Positions 1 through 9,281 of a stretch of DNA of 64,000 nucleotides are shown here, in pieces. Made by a program: the position numbers and the translations under genes. The stretch is taken from positions 3,412 to 67,411 of the forward strand of contig JAEEQA010000006.1 of NCBI GenBank assembly GCA_016285085.1. The letters are read 5' to 3'. The stretch's first letter is position 1, and the number at the start of each line of letters is the position of its first letter. The stretch comes from Bacteroidales bacterium (GTDB taxonomy: Bacteria > Bacteroidota > Bacteroidia > Bacteroidales > WCHB1-69). Under the pieces are notes generated by a model. The model ran no database searches and had not been told where the DNA came from. It saw nothing but the letters and a program-made list of their open reading frames with translations.

Positions 1-1014
1 TCGTTTGAGCCGGACACGATGCCCACCTCCGTACACGTTTCGTTAGTGCATCTTGACCACGATTACGCCACCATAAGAGTCACCATTGTCTGCGACAGCA
101 CTGCGGCCATTGATAGTCGCGGGCTTTGTATGGACACCCTTCCGCAGCCGGATTTGTCAGACCTGGAGTTCCCCGCGGTGAATGCCGTAAATACATTTGA
201 TACCCATATCGGTGACCTTGAGCGTGCCTCCACCTACTATTTGCGCGGGCATTGCATTTCAAATGGAACTCTTATGTACAGCGATGACTATGTGCTGCTG
301 ACCGTGGCTGAAGACGGGCAGCCCTGCGTAGGCACTCCCACACTGACCGACTGGGATGGACATGTCTATAACACCGTACAGGTGGGAGCACAATGTTGGA
401 TGCGGTCAAACCTATACACTTCGCACTTCCCGGACGGTTCTGCCATCCCTAATGGGCAACCGGGCGCGAGCCTGTCTTCCAAGTATGATCCTTACTATTA
501 CCGTCTTACATACGATGCTAATTTGACTCCCTTATACGGATATGGCTACAACTGGAAAGCCCTGACCAAAAGATCCTCTACCACGGAGATTGACCCGCAA
601 GGTGTCTGCCCCGACGGCTGGCATATTCCTGATGATGCCGAGTGGATGACGTTGAAAAGTTATACGGGCACCCATTATGCCTGTGGAGGCGACAGCACCT
701 ATGTGGGCAAGGCCCTTGCGGATATTTCGCAGTGGAACTCTTCAACAGTGAACTGTTCCCCCGGAGCCTATCCATCCAACAACAATCTCACTGGATTTTC
801 TGCGATTGCAGCCGGAGGATATATTAGCAATCCCTTCCATGCGAACCAAATAGCCTACCTGTGGAGTCGGAGCTGTCATTACACGTTCAACTCCACCCCA
901 TACTATAGCTATGCTCATGTTTTCAAGATTTCATATAACAGCCCAACTCTGGATTATGACACTTATTACTACGATCGTGCTTTTCCTGTACGATGTGTGA
1001 GAAATGATTTATAA
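1..1014 (+). CDS. FISUMP (Fibrobacter succinogenes major paralogous, TIGR02145-type) domain protein, 5'-truncated by the window edge
   Basis: The frame is open from nt 1, with no stop before the ATG at 19 and no signal peptide. The C-terminal half carries FISUMP hallmarks: GHVYNTVQVGAQCWMRSNL, YGYGYNW, GVCPDGWHIPDDAEW, GFSAIAAGGY, FPVRCVRN. Confidence 0.75.
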   Translation, partial: SFEPDTMPTSVHVSLVHLDHDYATIRVTIVCDSTAAIDSRGLCMDTLPQPDLSDLEFPAVNAVNTFDTHIGDLERASTYYLRGHCISNGTLMYSDDYVLLTVAEDGQPCVGTPTLTDWDGHVYNTVQVGAQCWMRSNLYTSHFPDGSAIPNGQPGASLSSKYDPYYYRLTYDANLTPLYGYGYNWKALTKRSSTTEIDPQGVCPDGWHIPDDAEWMTLKSYTGTHYACGGDSTYVGKALADISQWNSSTVNCSPGAYPSNNNLTGFSAIAAGGYISNPFHANQIAYLWSRSCHYTFNSTPYYSYAHVFKISYNSPTLDYDTYYYDRAFPVRCVRNDL

Positions 1015-1039
1015 TAGAAATACATCTAAAATATTCAAT

Positions 1040-4000
1040 ATGAAAAAAATAGCTTTGTTTCTTGCTATTATTGGATTATATTCCTTTTATAGCGTTGATG
1101 CCCAAGATATTACTGTAGCTGACGGAACGACCCAACTCCCCTATTTCCCGTTATCAGGTTACCATTGGAATCAATCACAACATTCGCAATCCATATATCC
1201 ATCTTCGATGCTTACCGAATTGCAAGGCAAGTATATCACCACTCTGACATGGTATATGGTGGCTGCCCAAGGCACATGGCTGGATTCTCGGGTACAGACC
1301 ATCCGATTAGGAATTACCACGGACGAAAACCTTAATAACGGGATGATAGACGCCAATACTTCTGTTGTGTGGTCCGGCCCATTTTCAGCATATTTTGTAA
1401 GCGATATTATACGCATACCCTTGGATACTCCTTTTCTATATAATGGCGGTAATCTTTTGGTCGAAGTCATCAAGGCGGGGAGTTCCGATACGTATCGGGG
1501 TGAGTCTTATTATGGGCAAACCCAATCCGACATTATGTCTCTTAACCAAGTGGGTACATACTATGCACCCTATACAGCGGACTTCCTTCCCAAGCTGACC
1601 TTCACCTGTCAGGATGGGCTCTGTTCCTATCCCGAATTTTTGGAGGTTTCCGACATAGCCGTCGAATCGGCAACACTTTCATGGAAACCTGGCATTCTCG
1701 GTAGTGCCGACCAGTACGTGGTGGCCTATCGCAGCAATACCGAAACGGAATACACGGAGGTTGCCGTCAACGACACCTTCCTCACGCTGACGGATCTTCA
1801 TCCTATCACGACCTATTTATGGAAAGTACAGGCCGTCTGTTCCGACACGTTGTCCAGCGACTGGAGTTTGGAGAGCTCCTTCACCACGCATCGGCGACTG
1901 GCGACCATCCCTTATTACTGCAATTTTGAGGATTCCACAGAGAATGTGAACTGGTGCCTGCCTATCAATCCCGATGCGGAAGCAAACAGATGGTACACAG
2001 GAACGTACATCTCCTGTAGCGAATCCCATTCTTTGTATGTGTCAAGTAACGGCGGTGCCACAAACCTCACCTACGGCTTTGGCACCAATTATCCGGCCTG
2101 GGCTTATCGGGAATTTTTAATAGATACATTGTATCCCCAATACCATATCACCTTTAAACACCGTGGTTATGAGCATTATACAGCATATTGGGGGGCTCCT
2201 GCCACCCTCTTCAATGCCGTTCCGCCCGTACTCCAACCCGATGGTTCTGTACGCTTGAGTGACAACCAATCTTTGCCTCAAGACAGTGTCTGGATGACAC
2301 ATAGCTACTCCTTCAGCGTGGCGACACCGGGAACCTATCGTCTCTATTTCGACTGGCGAACAGCTTTCTATCCCAACAGCGGCAAGCCTGCTGCCTCCAT
2401 TGACGACATTTCCATCGAGGGCGTCCCTTGTCTGGTGGCGCACACGCTGACTACCACGGACATCACAGACACCTCCGCCACTATTTCTTGGCAGTACAAC
2501 TGTGTGGATTCCCCAATGGGCTACGAGGTGGGTTACAAGACTGCGGGGGACTACGATTACACGGTGTTCACTGTGTATGATACAACCGCTGTCACACTTA
2601 CGGGACTGACGCCGAACACCACCTACTATTGGCGTGTGAAAACGCTCTATGACGACTCTTTCGCCACAGACTGGTGCACTGCGGTCTCTTTTCAGACGGA
2701 TGTGATTTGGGTTCATCCCATCCCTTATACCTGTGATTTTGAAGATGCCACCGAGAACCTGGCATGGAACGTTCCGGTGATTTCAGGGAACAACAAGAAC
2801 CGTTGGTATATCGGGCATACCACCTACAACAGTAGCAGTACATCGTTGTATATTACCACGGCGGCAAACGGTTCGAACAATTCCTATATCAATTCAGAGG
2901 GATCCCCGTTGTGGACCTACAGGGACCTCTATCTCGACCCGCAATACTCCGGCTATGAGCTCTCATTTGACGCCAAAGTGTGCGGTATCCCGGGCTATGC
3001 TTTCGCCCAAGTGTTCATGGGTGCGCCTGTCAATCCGACCGACAGTGCGGCTGCCGACTCCATGGTGCTAATAGACGACGCCATAGACCCCACCGGAGGC
3101 TACAACACCACGGCATGGAGACATTTCGAATATTATCTTGACAGTACGTTTGCTGGACACAAGCGACTATTCTTCGTATGGCAGAACCATTACAACGCCA
3201 ACCTCCGGCCACCCGCCATTGCCATAGACAACATCGCCGTTTCAGGCACGCAATGCTCACGCCCATTGCAGCTGGCCTATACGGTGGCTGACACTACGGT
3301 GCAGCTTACGTGGCAAGATGCTGCTATCGGTTCGCCCGAGAGTTACACCGTCGCATACAAAACCATTACAGATTCCGTCTATACATTCGTGGAAGCTCCG
3401 GGCACAGAACTGACACTCACAGGCTTGCAGCCGCTGACCGAATACATGTGGCAAGTGAGGTTAAATTGCTCCAACGATGAACACAGCGTATGGAGCTCCG
3501 GACAGAATTTTACGACCTACCAACTGCTGACCACGATGCCCTACACCTGCGATTTTGAGGATTCACTGGTGAATGTCCGATGGGCCACTTCCCCCATCTC
3601 ATCAAACCATAAATGGTGCATCGGGAGCGCGGTACAGCACAACGGCCAGTATGCCAGCTACATTTCCAATGATAATGGAGAAACCTACCAGACCACTAAT
3701 CCCGGCACCGCCACTGCCTATCTGTACCAGGATTTCCTATTCGACACGACCTATTCTGAATATCTGTTAACCTTTGATTTCAAGACGTTTGACACCACAA
3801 CACAGACGGATATTTCGGTCTATGTGACCACCCCTGCCACACCCGCTTTTGCAGCTCCGTCAGCAGGGAATCGAGTGGGACAAGTTACGTTCACCGACAC
3901 GCTGTGGCATCCCATCAGCATGGCGGTCAACCGGACACACAGCGGCATACAGCGCCTCATTCTCGAATGGAAGAAACCCAGTAACGATGTGGCAAAAGGC

Positions 4001-7000
4001 TCCTGTGCCGTGGACGACCTTACGTTTACGGGGGTGATGGTCGGGCGTCCGTACGCTTTGACATCATCGAATATCAGACATAATTCTGCCGTGCTCGCAT
4101 GGAACTCGGGCAATCGCCACACGCCGGCCTCCTACCAGCTGGCTTACCGAAAGGCGGAAGAAGCCACCTATACCATCATCACATTTACAGATAGCGTGGG
4201 CCAGATTACAATGCTTACACCACAAACCGTTTATTACTGGAAAGTGCGAGCCGTGGCCGCCAATGATGAAATGAGTGCATGGAGCGACGAGGCGACGTTC
4301 TACACCGCTGTCAGCACCCCCTTCTACACTGGCTTTGAGGACGAATCGGATTGGATAGGGTGGCATGTCTCTTCCGTTTCGCAGGAGTCGGACAAATGGG
4401 TGATTGGCAATGCTGTGAGTTGCGACAGCACCTACTCGCTCTACGTTTCCAACGACAATGGTGTCACCAACGCCAGTGCAACCACATATGCCAATGACGT
4501 TATCGGTATCTATAGGGACATCTACATCGCACCGGGTGAAACGGAATATCAGATCACATTTGATTATCTTGGCATGGGCTCTTCCGTACAATTACAGTCG
4601 CTGGAGAATCCGGCATCCCACCCCGTGCTTACTGCTACCGTTCCCACTTCCGACTATTGGCAGCACCAACGCATTGCGGTCGATTCTTCCTATACGGGCT
4701 TTAACCGCCTCTTCTTCAAGAGGTCGCGTGGCGCATTTCCTAACAACGCCGGTGCGGTGGACAACCTTGCCGTGGAGGCATCCGTGTGTCCGCCTCCAAC
4801 TTCCCTTGCCTCCATACTGGTACTCCCGAATGCTGCACAGATATCATGGAATGGCGTAGGTAGCCCCTCTTATCAAGTGGCCTATAAGATGCAGAGCGAC
4901 TCTTCCTATAGTGAAATTGAGCTTCAGGACACTTCCGTTGTGATTTCAAATCTCCATCCCGATGTGCCTTACTTCTGGAAAGTCCGCGCCCAATGCAACG
5001 GGGTTTACGGTGAATGGAGTTCGGAACATTCATTCAATACGATGCCGTTGTTGCCCTATTCTTGTGACTTTGAGGACGCGGATGAAATAGCACATTGGAC
5101 GTATGATGTTTCCAGTGAGTGGAATTACTGGGCGATTGGTGCGGCACCCATGGACAACGGGAATTCCACACTGCATGTTGCATCTGCGTGGTTAGGTCAT
5201 GGAAATTACAATTACTATGCTTCAGCCTATTTGTGGGCTTACCGCGACATTTGTCTGGCTGGCAATACGTCCAAGTATCAGATTTCGTTCGACTATAGAG
5301 GATTGGGACAGTCCGGGGCTGACTTTGCACGATTCTATATCGGGCCACCAACCACGCCCTCTGGCGTCAACGCACCCGCCGATGCCGAACAGATTAGCGG
5401 AGACCTCTGTATGGTCCCGACATGGACCCACTTCAGTTTTGAAGTGGATTCCACTCATACAGGACTGCAACGGATATACTTCCAATGGCGTTGCAACGAT
5501 TTGTACGGATTGAACCCGGGGGCGGCATTCGACAACATCACCGCGCAAGTGTCCGATTGTGCCATTCCGACCCATCCTGTGACGGTCGTTACTACCGCCA
5601 CCACAGCCACACTGGGATGGACACCGGGCGATGCGAACGCGCTGCCGGCGAGCTATACCGTTGCCTACAGACTCCTGAACGACACCGTTTTCACCGAAGT
5701 AAACAGTGACGATACGACTGTCCAAATCACTGGTTTGCAACCCGACACTTACTACTATTGGCGGGTACGGGCCAACTGCTCTGACATTGAACACAGCCTA
5801 TGGAGCAACAGTGTCTGCTTCGCCACCACACAGACAACGTATGCCGACCTCCCTTATGAATGTGGTTTCGAGGAAGCCGCGGAGAACAGCGCATGGTCTC
5901 ATTTGCACTTGGGCGGAGACAATGAATGGGTGGTAGGAACAGCGGCCGTCCTTGACGGCGATTCGGCACTATATGTCTCCTCCGACAATGGCGAGACCAA
6001 TACCTACACCAATACAACGGTCTCAACGGACTGGCTTTACAGGGATCTCTATTTCCCGTCCGGCAACGATGAATACGAAATCTCGTTTGACTTCCGGGGG
6101 AGCGGAAGCGCCTATCATTACGCCAGAGTATATCTCGGCCGACCAGAAGTGATGTTCGAAAGTTTCACGCCCGCGGATGCCGAATTGTTAAGCGGCAGTC
6201 TGTACAATATCCCCGATTGGCAGCATTTCTCCTTCCATCTGGATTCCACACATAGCGGGCTGCAAAGGTTGTACCTCCTGTGGCAGAACAACACCTATAG
6301 CGCCACCCAGCCGCCTGCGGCTATTGACAATATTGCCATCACAGCCCAGCCTTGCCGGGAACCCATCAACCTGATTTCGGAAGCAGACAACTATGGTGCG
6401 ACACTCTCTTGGACGATGAGGTTCGGCGGCGCAGGTGCGGACTACACCGTAGCCTACCGCTCTTTTGATGACAGCACCGAAACGTACGTCAATGTTTCAG
6501 ACACCTTCTTGATTCTGCAAAATCTCGACAGCAATACCCACTACTCCTGGAAAGTACGGCAGAATTGCGACACATCGTGCAGTATCTGGAGTGAGAGCAA
6601 CATATTCTACACCAACAACCAGATCCTTTACATCTGCGATTTCGACACTCCCGAGACCATCTCCTCATGGATAATTCCACAGAATAGAGACATGACCCAT
6701 TGGTATGCCGGCCGCCATAGCGAAAGTCCCTACAACGGTACCTTATATGTCTCATCTGACGGCGGGCTCAGTAATGTTTACGACATCTCTGTCGCTTCAA
6801 ATGTGTGGGCTTATACTGATGTTTACATCCCACCTGGAAGCACATCCACCTACCTCTCCTTCGATTTCAAAGGTATAGGTGAGAACAATCCTGACTATTC
6901 GACGACATATTATGACTATTTGATGACATACGTCGGACCGCCGGCCATACCCTCTGGCTCCGCCGTGCCGACAGATGCCACATCGCTTGAAAGAATTGCG

Positions 7001-8497
7001 ATGAATGAGCAATGGACCCATTACAATTATGTCTTGGATGCCACCCATACAGGGACTCAACGTATCTATTTCCTCTGGCACAATGACAATTCCTACGGTA
7101 CAAATCCGCCCGCATCCATTGACAATGTCTGCCTTTCCCGTGAAATGCTGCCATTGACGGGAACTGTGACTGCAACACCATACGACACATTGGCACATTT
7201 AACATGGCACATAGATGGCACAGAACAACCCGTTTCTTACACGGTTTCCTACTGCAAAATGGCCACTGATTCAACATTGATGGAAATCATAGTGCCGGAT
7301 ACGGTTTTCGATTTGGGCGACCTGCTCACAAACACGGACTATTTCTGTAGAGTACGGGCCAACTATGCAGGCGGCAACTTCAGCTCTTGGAGTATGACAC
7401 AGTTCCGTACACTAAGCCGTTTTGCCATCGCACCCTATTTTTGTGGCTTTGAGGATGAAACGGAAAACGGAAATTGGCAGTTTGTGAGCAATGAATCAGT
7501 GAACCAATGGGTGATAGACACAGCTGTAGCTAATGAAGGCGACAAATCCTTGTATATCAGTAATGATGGCGGTATCACCAACGAATACACAATCACTTCC
7601 GCAACCAATGCATGGGCCTATCGTCACATCTATCTTGACCCGGCAGACGCTCCCTACATGCTATCTTTTGACTACAGAGGAGAAGGGGAAATGACAACCA
7701 GCAATTTATTTGATTATGCGAAAGTCTTTATCGGACCGCCCATTGTCCCGTCCGCCGGCGCCCCCGCTTCAGAACTGACACAACTTGGTGAGACACTTTA
7801 TAACCAAAGTGACTGGAATACTCATTATATTGTAATTGACCCAACACATACTGGTTATGTGGGATTGTTCCTGTATTGGAAAAACGACACCTACTGGGGC
7901 AACAACCCAGCGGCCGCCTTCGACAACATCAGCATCGTGCCGTATGAATGCGTACCGCCTGCCGACATCGCTGTGGATAACGTCACCACCACGGAAGTTT
8001 CGTTCCACTTTACAGATGACATTCCCTTTCACCATGACTGGGATGTGGCAATAGCACCTGAAAACGCAACACTTGACGAGACGAATGTGGTGACTCTTCA
8101 TGATGAATTGTCGCATTCGTTTACAGGCCTCGTCAGCGGCACCTCGTACACGCTCTATGTACGCACCCGCTGTGACGAAACGGATTTCAGCGAATGGATT
8201 TTTCTTACAGTCACCACATTGACCGACACAGTAGATATCACTAACTACCAGTTAGATCATGCAGTGACCATCTATCCGAATCCTTCCACCCAATATGTGG
8301 ATATTCTTTGTCAGGACGGAATCGCTATTTCACAAATCGAAGTTTACGATATGTATGGAAGATTGCTTATGCACTCAAAAGCGAGCGAAGGTGAAAATCC
8401 GAAACGAGTAAGTGTCACTGGACTGGCATCCGGTGTGTATTTGATGCATGTCATCACTGACCGCGGCGTGGTGACGAAACCTTTCATCAAGCGATGA
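1040..8497 (+). CDS. Giant modular secreted/surface protein (2,485 aa): signal peptide, N-terminal domain, Fn3, eight [jelly-roll-like + Fn3] modules, T9SS C-terminal sorting domain
   Basis: The ORF runs 1004..8497. I prefer the ATG at 1040 because MKKIALFLAIIGLYSFYSVDAQ is a signal peptide. The PYxCxFED / SLYVSxDxG / AYRDxY / SFDYRGxG / PPAAIDNI module repeats eight times and alternates with Fn3-like domains (YxVAYR ... YxWxVRAxC ... SxWS). The C-terminus YPNPSTQYVDI ... GVYLMHVITDRGVVTKPFIKR is a type-A T9SS sorting domain. Confidence 0.85.
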   Translation: MKKIALFLAIIGLYSFYSVDAQDITVADGTTQLPYFPLSGYHWNQSQHSQSIYPSSMLTELQGKYITTLTWYMVAAQGTWLDSRVQTIRLGITTDENLNNGMIDANTSVVWSGPFSAYFVSDIIRIPLDTPFLYNGGNLLVEVIKAGSSDTYRGESYYGQTQSDIMSLNQVGTYYAPYTADFLPKLTFTCQDGLCSYPEFLEVSDIAVESATLSWKPGILGSADQYVVAYRSNTETEYTEVAVNDTFLTLTDLHPITTYLWKVQAVCSDTLSSDWSLESSFTTHRRLATIPYYCNFEDSTENVNWCLPINPDAEANRWYTGTYISCSESHSLYVSSNGGATNLTYGFGTNYPAWAYREFLIDTLYPQYHITFKHRGYEHYTAYWGAPATLFNAVPPVLQPDGSVRLSDNQSLPQDSVWMTHSYSFSVATPGTYRLYFDWRTAFYPNSGKPAASIDDISIEGVPCLVAHTLTTTDITDTSATISWQYNCVDSPMGYEVGYKTAGDYDYTVFTVYDTTAVTLTGLTPNTTYYWRVKTLYDDSFATDWCTAVSFQTDVIWVHPIPYTCDFEDATENLAWNVPVISGNNKNRWYIGHTTYNSSSTSLYITTAANGSNNSYINSEGSPLWTYRDLYLDPQYSGYELSFDAKVCGIPGYAFAQVFMGAPVNPTDSAAADSMVLIDDAIDPTGGYNTTAWRHFEYYLDSTFAGHKRLFFVWQNHYNANLRPPAIAIDNIAVSGTQCSRPLQLAYTVADTTVQLTWQDAAIGSPESYTVAYKTITDSVYTFVEAPGTELTLTGLQPLTEYMWQVRLNCSNDEHSVWSSGQNFTTYQLLTTMPYTCDFEDSLVNVRWATSPISSNHKWCIGSAVQHNGQYASYISNDNGETYQTTNPGTATAYLYQDFLFDTTYSEYLLTFDFKTFDTTTQTDISVYVTTPATPAFAAPSAGNRVGQVTFTDTLWHPISMAVNRTHSGIQRLILEWKKPSNDVAKGSCAVDDLTFTGVMVGRPYALTSSNIRHNSAVLAWNSGNRHTPASYQLAYRKAEEATYTIITFTDSVGQITMLTPQTVYYWKVRAVAANDEMSAWSDEATFYTAVSTPFYTGFEDESDWIGWHVSSVSQESDKWVIGNAVSCDSTYSLYVSNDNGVTNASATTYANDVIGIYRDIYIAPGETEYQITFDYLGMGSSVQLQSLENPASHPVLTATVPTSDYWQHQRIAVDSSYTGFNRLFFKRSRGAFPNNAGAVDNLAVEASVCPPPTSLASILVLPNAAQISWNGVGSPSYQVAYKMQSDSSYSEIELQDTSVVISNLHPDVPYFWKVRAQCNGVYGEWSSEHSFNTMPLLPYSCDFEDADEIAHWTYDVSSEWNYWAIGAAPMDNGNSTLHVASAWLGHGNYNYYASAYLWAYRDICLAGNTSKYQISFDYRGLGQSGADFARFYIGPPTTPSGVNAPADAEQISGDLCMVPTWTHFSFEVDSTHTGLQRIYFQWRCNDLYGLNPGAAFDNITAQVSDCAIPTHPVTVVTTATTATLGWTPGDANALPASYTVAYRLLNDTVFTEVNSDDTTVQITGLQPDTYYYWRVRANCSDIEHSLWSNSVCFATTQTTYADLPYECGFEEAAENSAWSHLHLGGDNEWVVGTAAVLDGDSALYVSSDNGETNTYTNTTVSTDWLYRDLYFPSGNDEYEISFDFRGSGSAYHYARVYLGRPEVMFESFTPADAELLSGSLYNIPDWQHFSFHLDSTHSGLQRLYLLWQNNTYSATQPPAAIDNIAITAQPCREPINLISEADNYGATLSWTMRFGGAGADYTVAYRSFDDSTETYVNVSDTFLILQNLDSNTHYSWKVRQNCDTSCSIWSESNIFYTNNQILYICDFDTPETISSWIIPQNRDMTHWYAGRHSESPYNGTLYVSSDGGLSNVYDISVASNVWAYTDVYIPPGSTSTYLSFDFKGIGENNPDYSTTYYDYLMTYVGPPAIPSGSAVPTDATSLERIAMNEQWTHYNYVLDATHTGTQRIYFLWHNDNSYGTNPPASIDNVCLSREMLPLTGTVTATPYDTLAHLTWHIDGTEQPVSYTVSYCKMATDSTLMEIIVPDTVFDLGDLLTNTDYFCRVRANYAGGNFSSWSMTQFRTLSRFAIAPYFCGFEDETENGNWQFVSNESVNQWVIDTAVANEGDKSLYISNDGGITNEYTITSATNAWAYRHIYLDPADAPYMLSFDYRGEGEMTTSNLFDYAKVFIGPPIVPSAGAPASELTQLGETLYNQSDWNTHYIVIDPTHTGYVGLFLYWKNDTYWGNNPAAAFDNISIVPYECVPPADIAVDNVTTTEVSFHFTDDIPFHHDWDVAIAPENATLDETNVVTLHDELSHSFTGLVSGTSYTLYVRTRCDETDFSEWIFLTVTTLTDTVDITNYQLDHAVTIYPNPSTQYVDILCQDGIAISQIEVYDMYGRLLMHSKASEGENPKRVSVTGLASGVYLMHVITDRGVVTKPFIKR

Positions 8498-8536
8498 GGG
8501 GTGGGAAATAGAATCGTTATTAATGACAATTATTCT

Positions 8537-8564
8537 GTAGAGACGATGTGTACATCGTCTCTAC
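8537..8564. terminator. Perfect 28-nt palindrome (12-bp stem, 4-nt loop) between convergent genes; probable bidirectional terminator and member of the GTAG...CTAC palindrome family
   Basis: The sequence is GTAGAGACGATG-TGTA-CATCGTCTCTAC. It lies between the stop codons at 8497 (+) and 8579 (-) and is followed by GTTATTTTT. Confidence 0.55.
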
Positions 8565-8578
8565 GTTATTTTTCCGCG

Positions 8579-9280
8579 TTATTTTTCCGCCACATACATC
8601 CGGCACACCCCGAACGTGAGTCTCTTTTCGGTGACATGCCCGAATCCCGCCGCCCGCAGCAGCGCCATGAACTCCGCTCCTTTCGGGAACCGCAGGATCG
8701 ACTCGGGCAGGTAGGTGTAGGCGGCACGGTCGCCGCTGATGAGGCCGCCGAGCCAGGGCAGCACCTTCAGCGCGTACAGCTTGTAACACCAAAGCAGCAG
8801 CCGGTTGTCGGGGTACGACAGTTCCAGCACCACCAGCTTGCCGCCGCTCCGCAGCACACGGCACGCTTCCGAAAGCCCTTGGTTGAGGTCTTCGTAGTTG
8901 CGTACCCCGAAGGCCACGCTCACACGGTCGAAACTGTTGTCGGCGAACGGGAGCTGTTCGGCATTGCCCCGCAACAACGTCACCCGCCCCGAAAGCCCTT
9001 CCACAATCACCTTGCCCCGGCCGAGTTCCAACATCTTCTCCGACAGGTCAATGCCTGTGACGTACCCGCCGGCAGTCAGTTTCTGTGCGATGGCGATGGC
9101 GAAGTCGCCCGTACCCGTGGCGAGGTCAAGGACCTGCAGCGGTTCGGACGTGTCGGCGATGCGGTGCACAGCCACCCTGCGCCAGCGGCGGTCGGCGTTG
9201 AACGACATCAGGTGGTTCATCCGGTCGTAGTCCAGCGCGATGCCGTCAAAAAGCTGTTCGATAGTCTGATTGTCAGGCAT
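8579..9280 (-). CDS. ubiE: Demethylmenaquinone methyltransferase (UbiE/MenG class I SAM methyltransferase)
   Basis: The N-terminus FDGIALDYDRMNHLMSFNADRRWRR and the SAM motif VLDLATGTGDFAIA are typical. It is 233 aa, sits 1 nt downstream of menA and is co-oriented with it. Confidence 0.88.
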   Translation of the reverse strand: MPDNQTIEQLFDGIALDYDRMNHLMSFNADRRWRRVAVHRIADTSEPLQVLDLATGTGDFAIAIAQKLTAGGYVTGIDLSEKMLELGRGKVIVEGLSGRVTLLRGNAEQLPFADNSFDRVSVAFGVRNYEDLNQGLSEACRVLRSGGKLVVLELSYPDNRLLLWCYKLYALKVLPWLGGLISGDRAAYTYLPESILRFPKGAEFMALLRAAGFGHVTEKRLTFGVCRMYVAEK

Positions 9281-9281
9281 A

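Noticed and set aside
1004-1039. An upstream ATG at 1004 that gives the giant gene an 11-nt overlap with the FISUMP gene.
   Set aside because: The 12 extra residues (MIYNRNTSKIFN) precede a complete signal peptide that starts at the ATG at 1040. The longer form is not excluded, but it is less likely.
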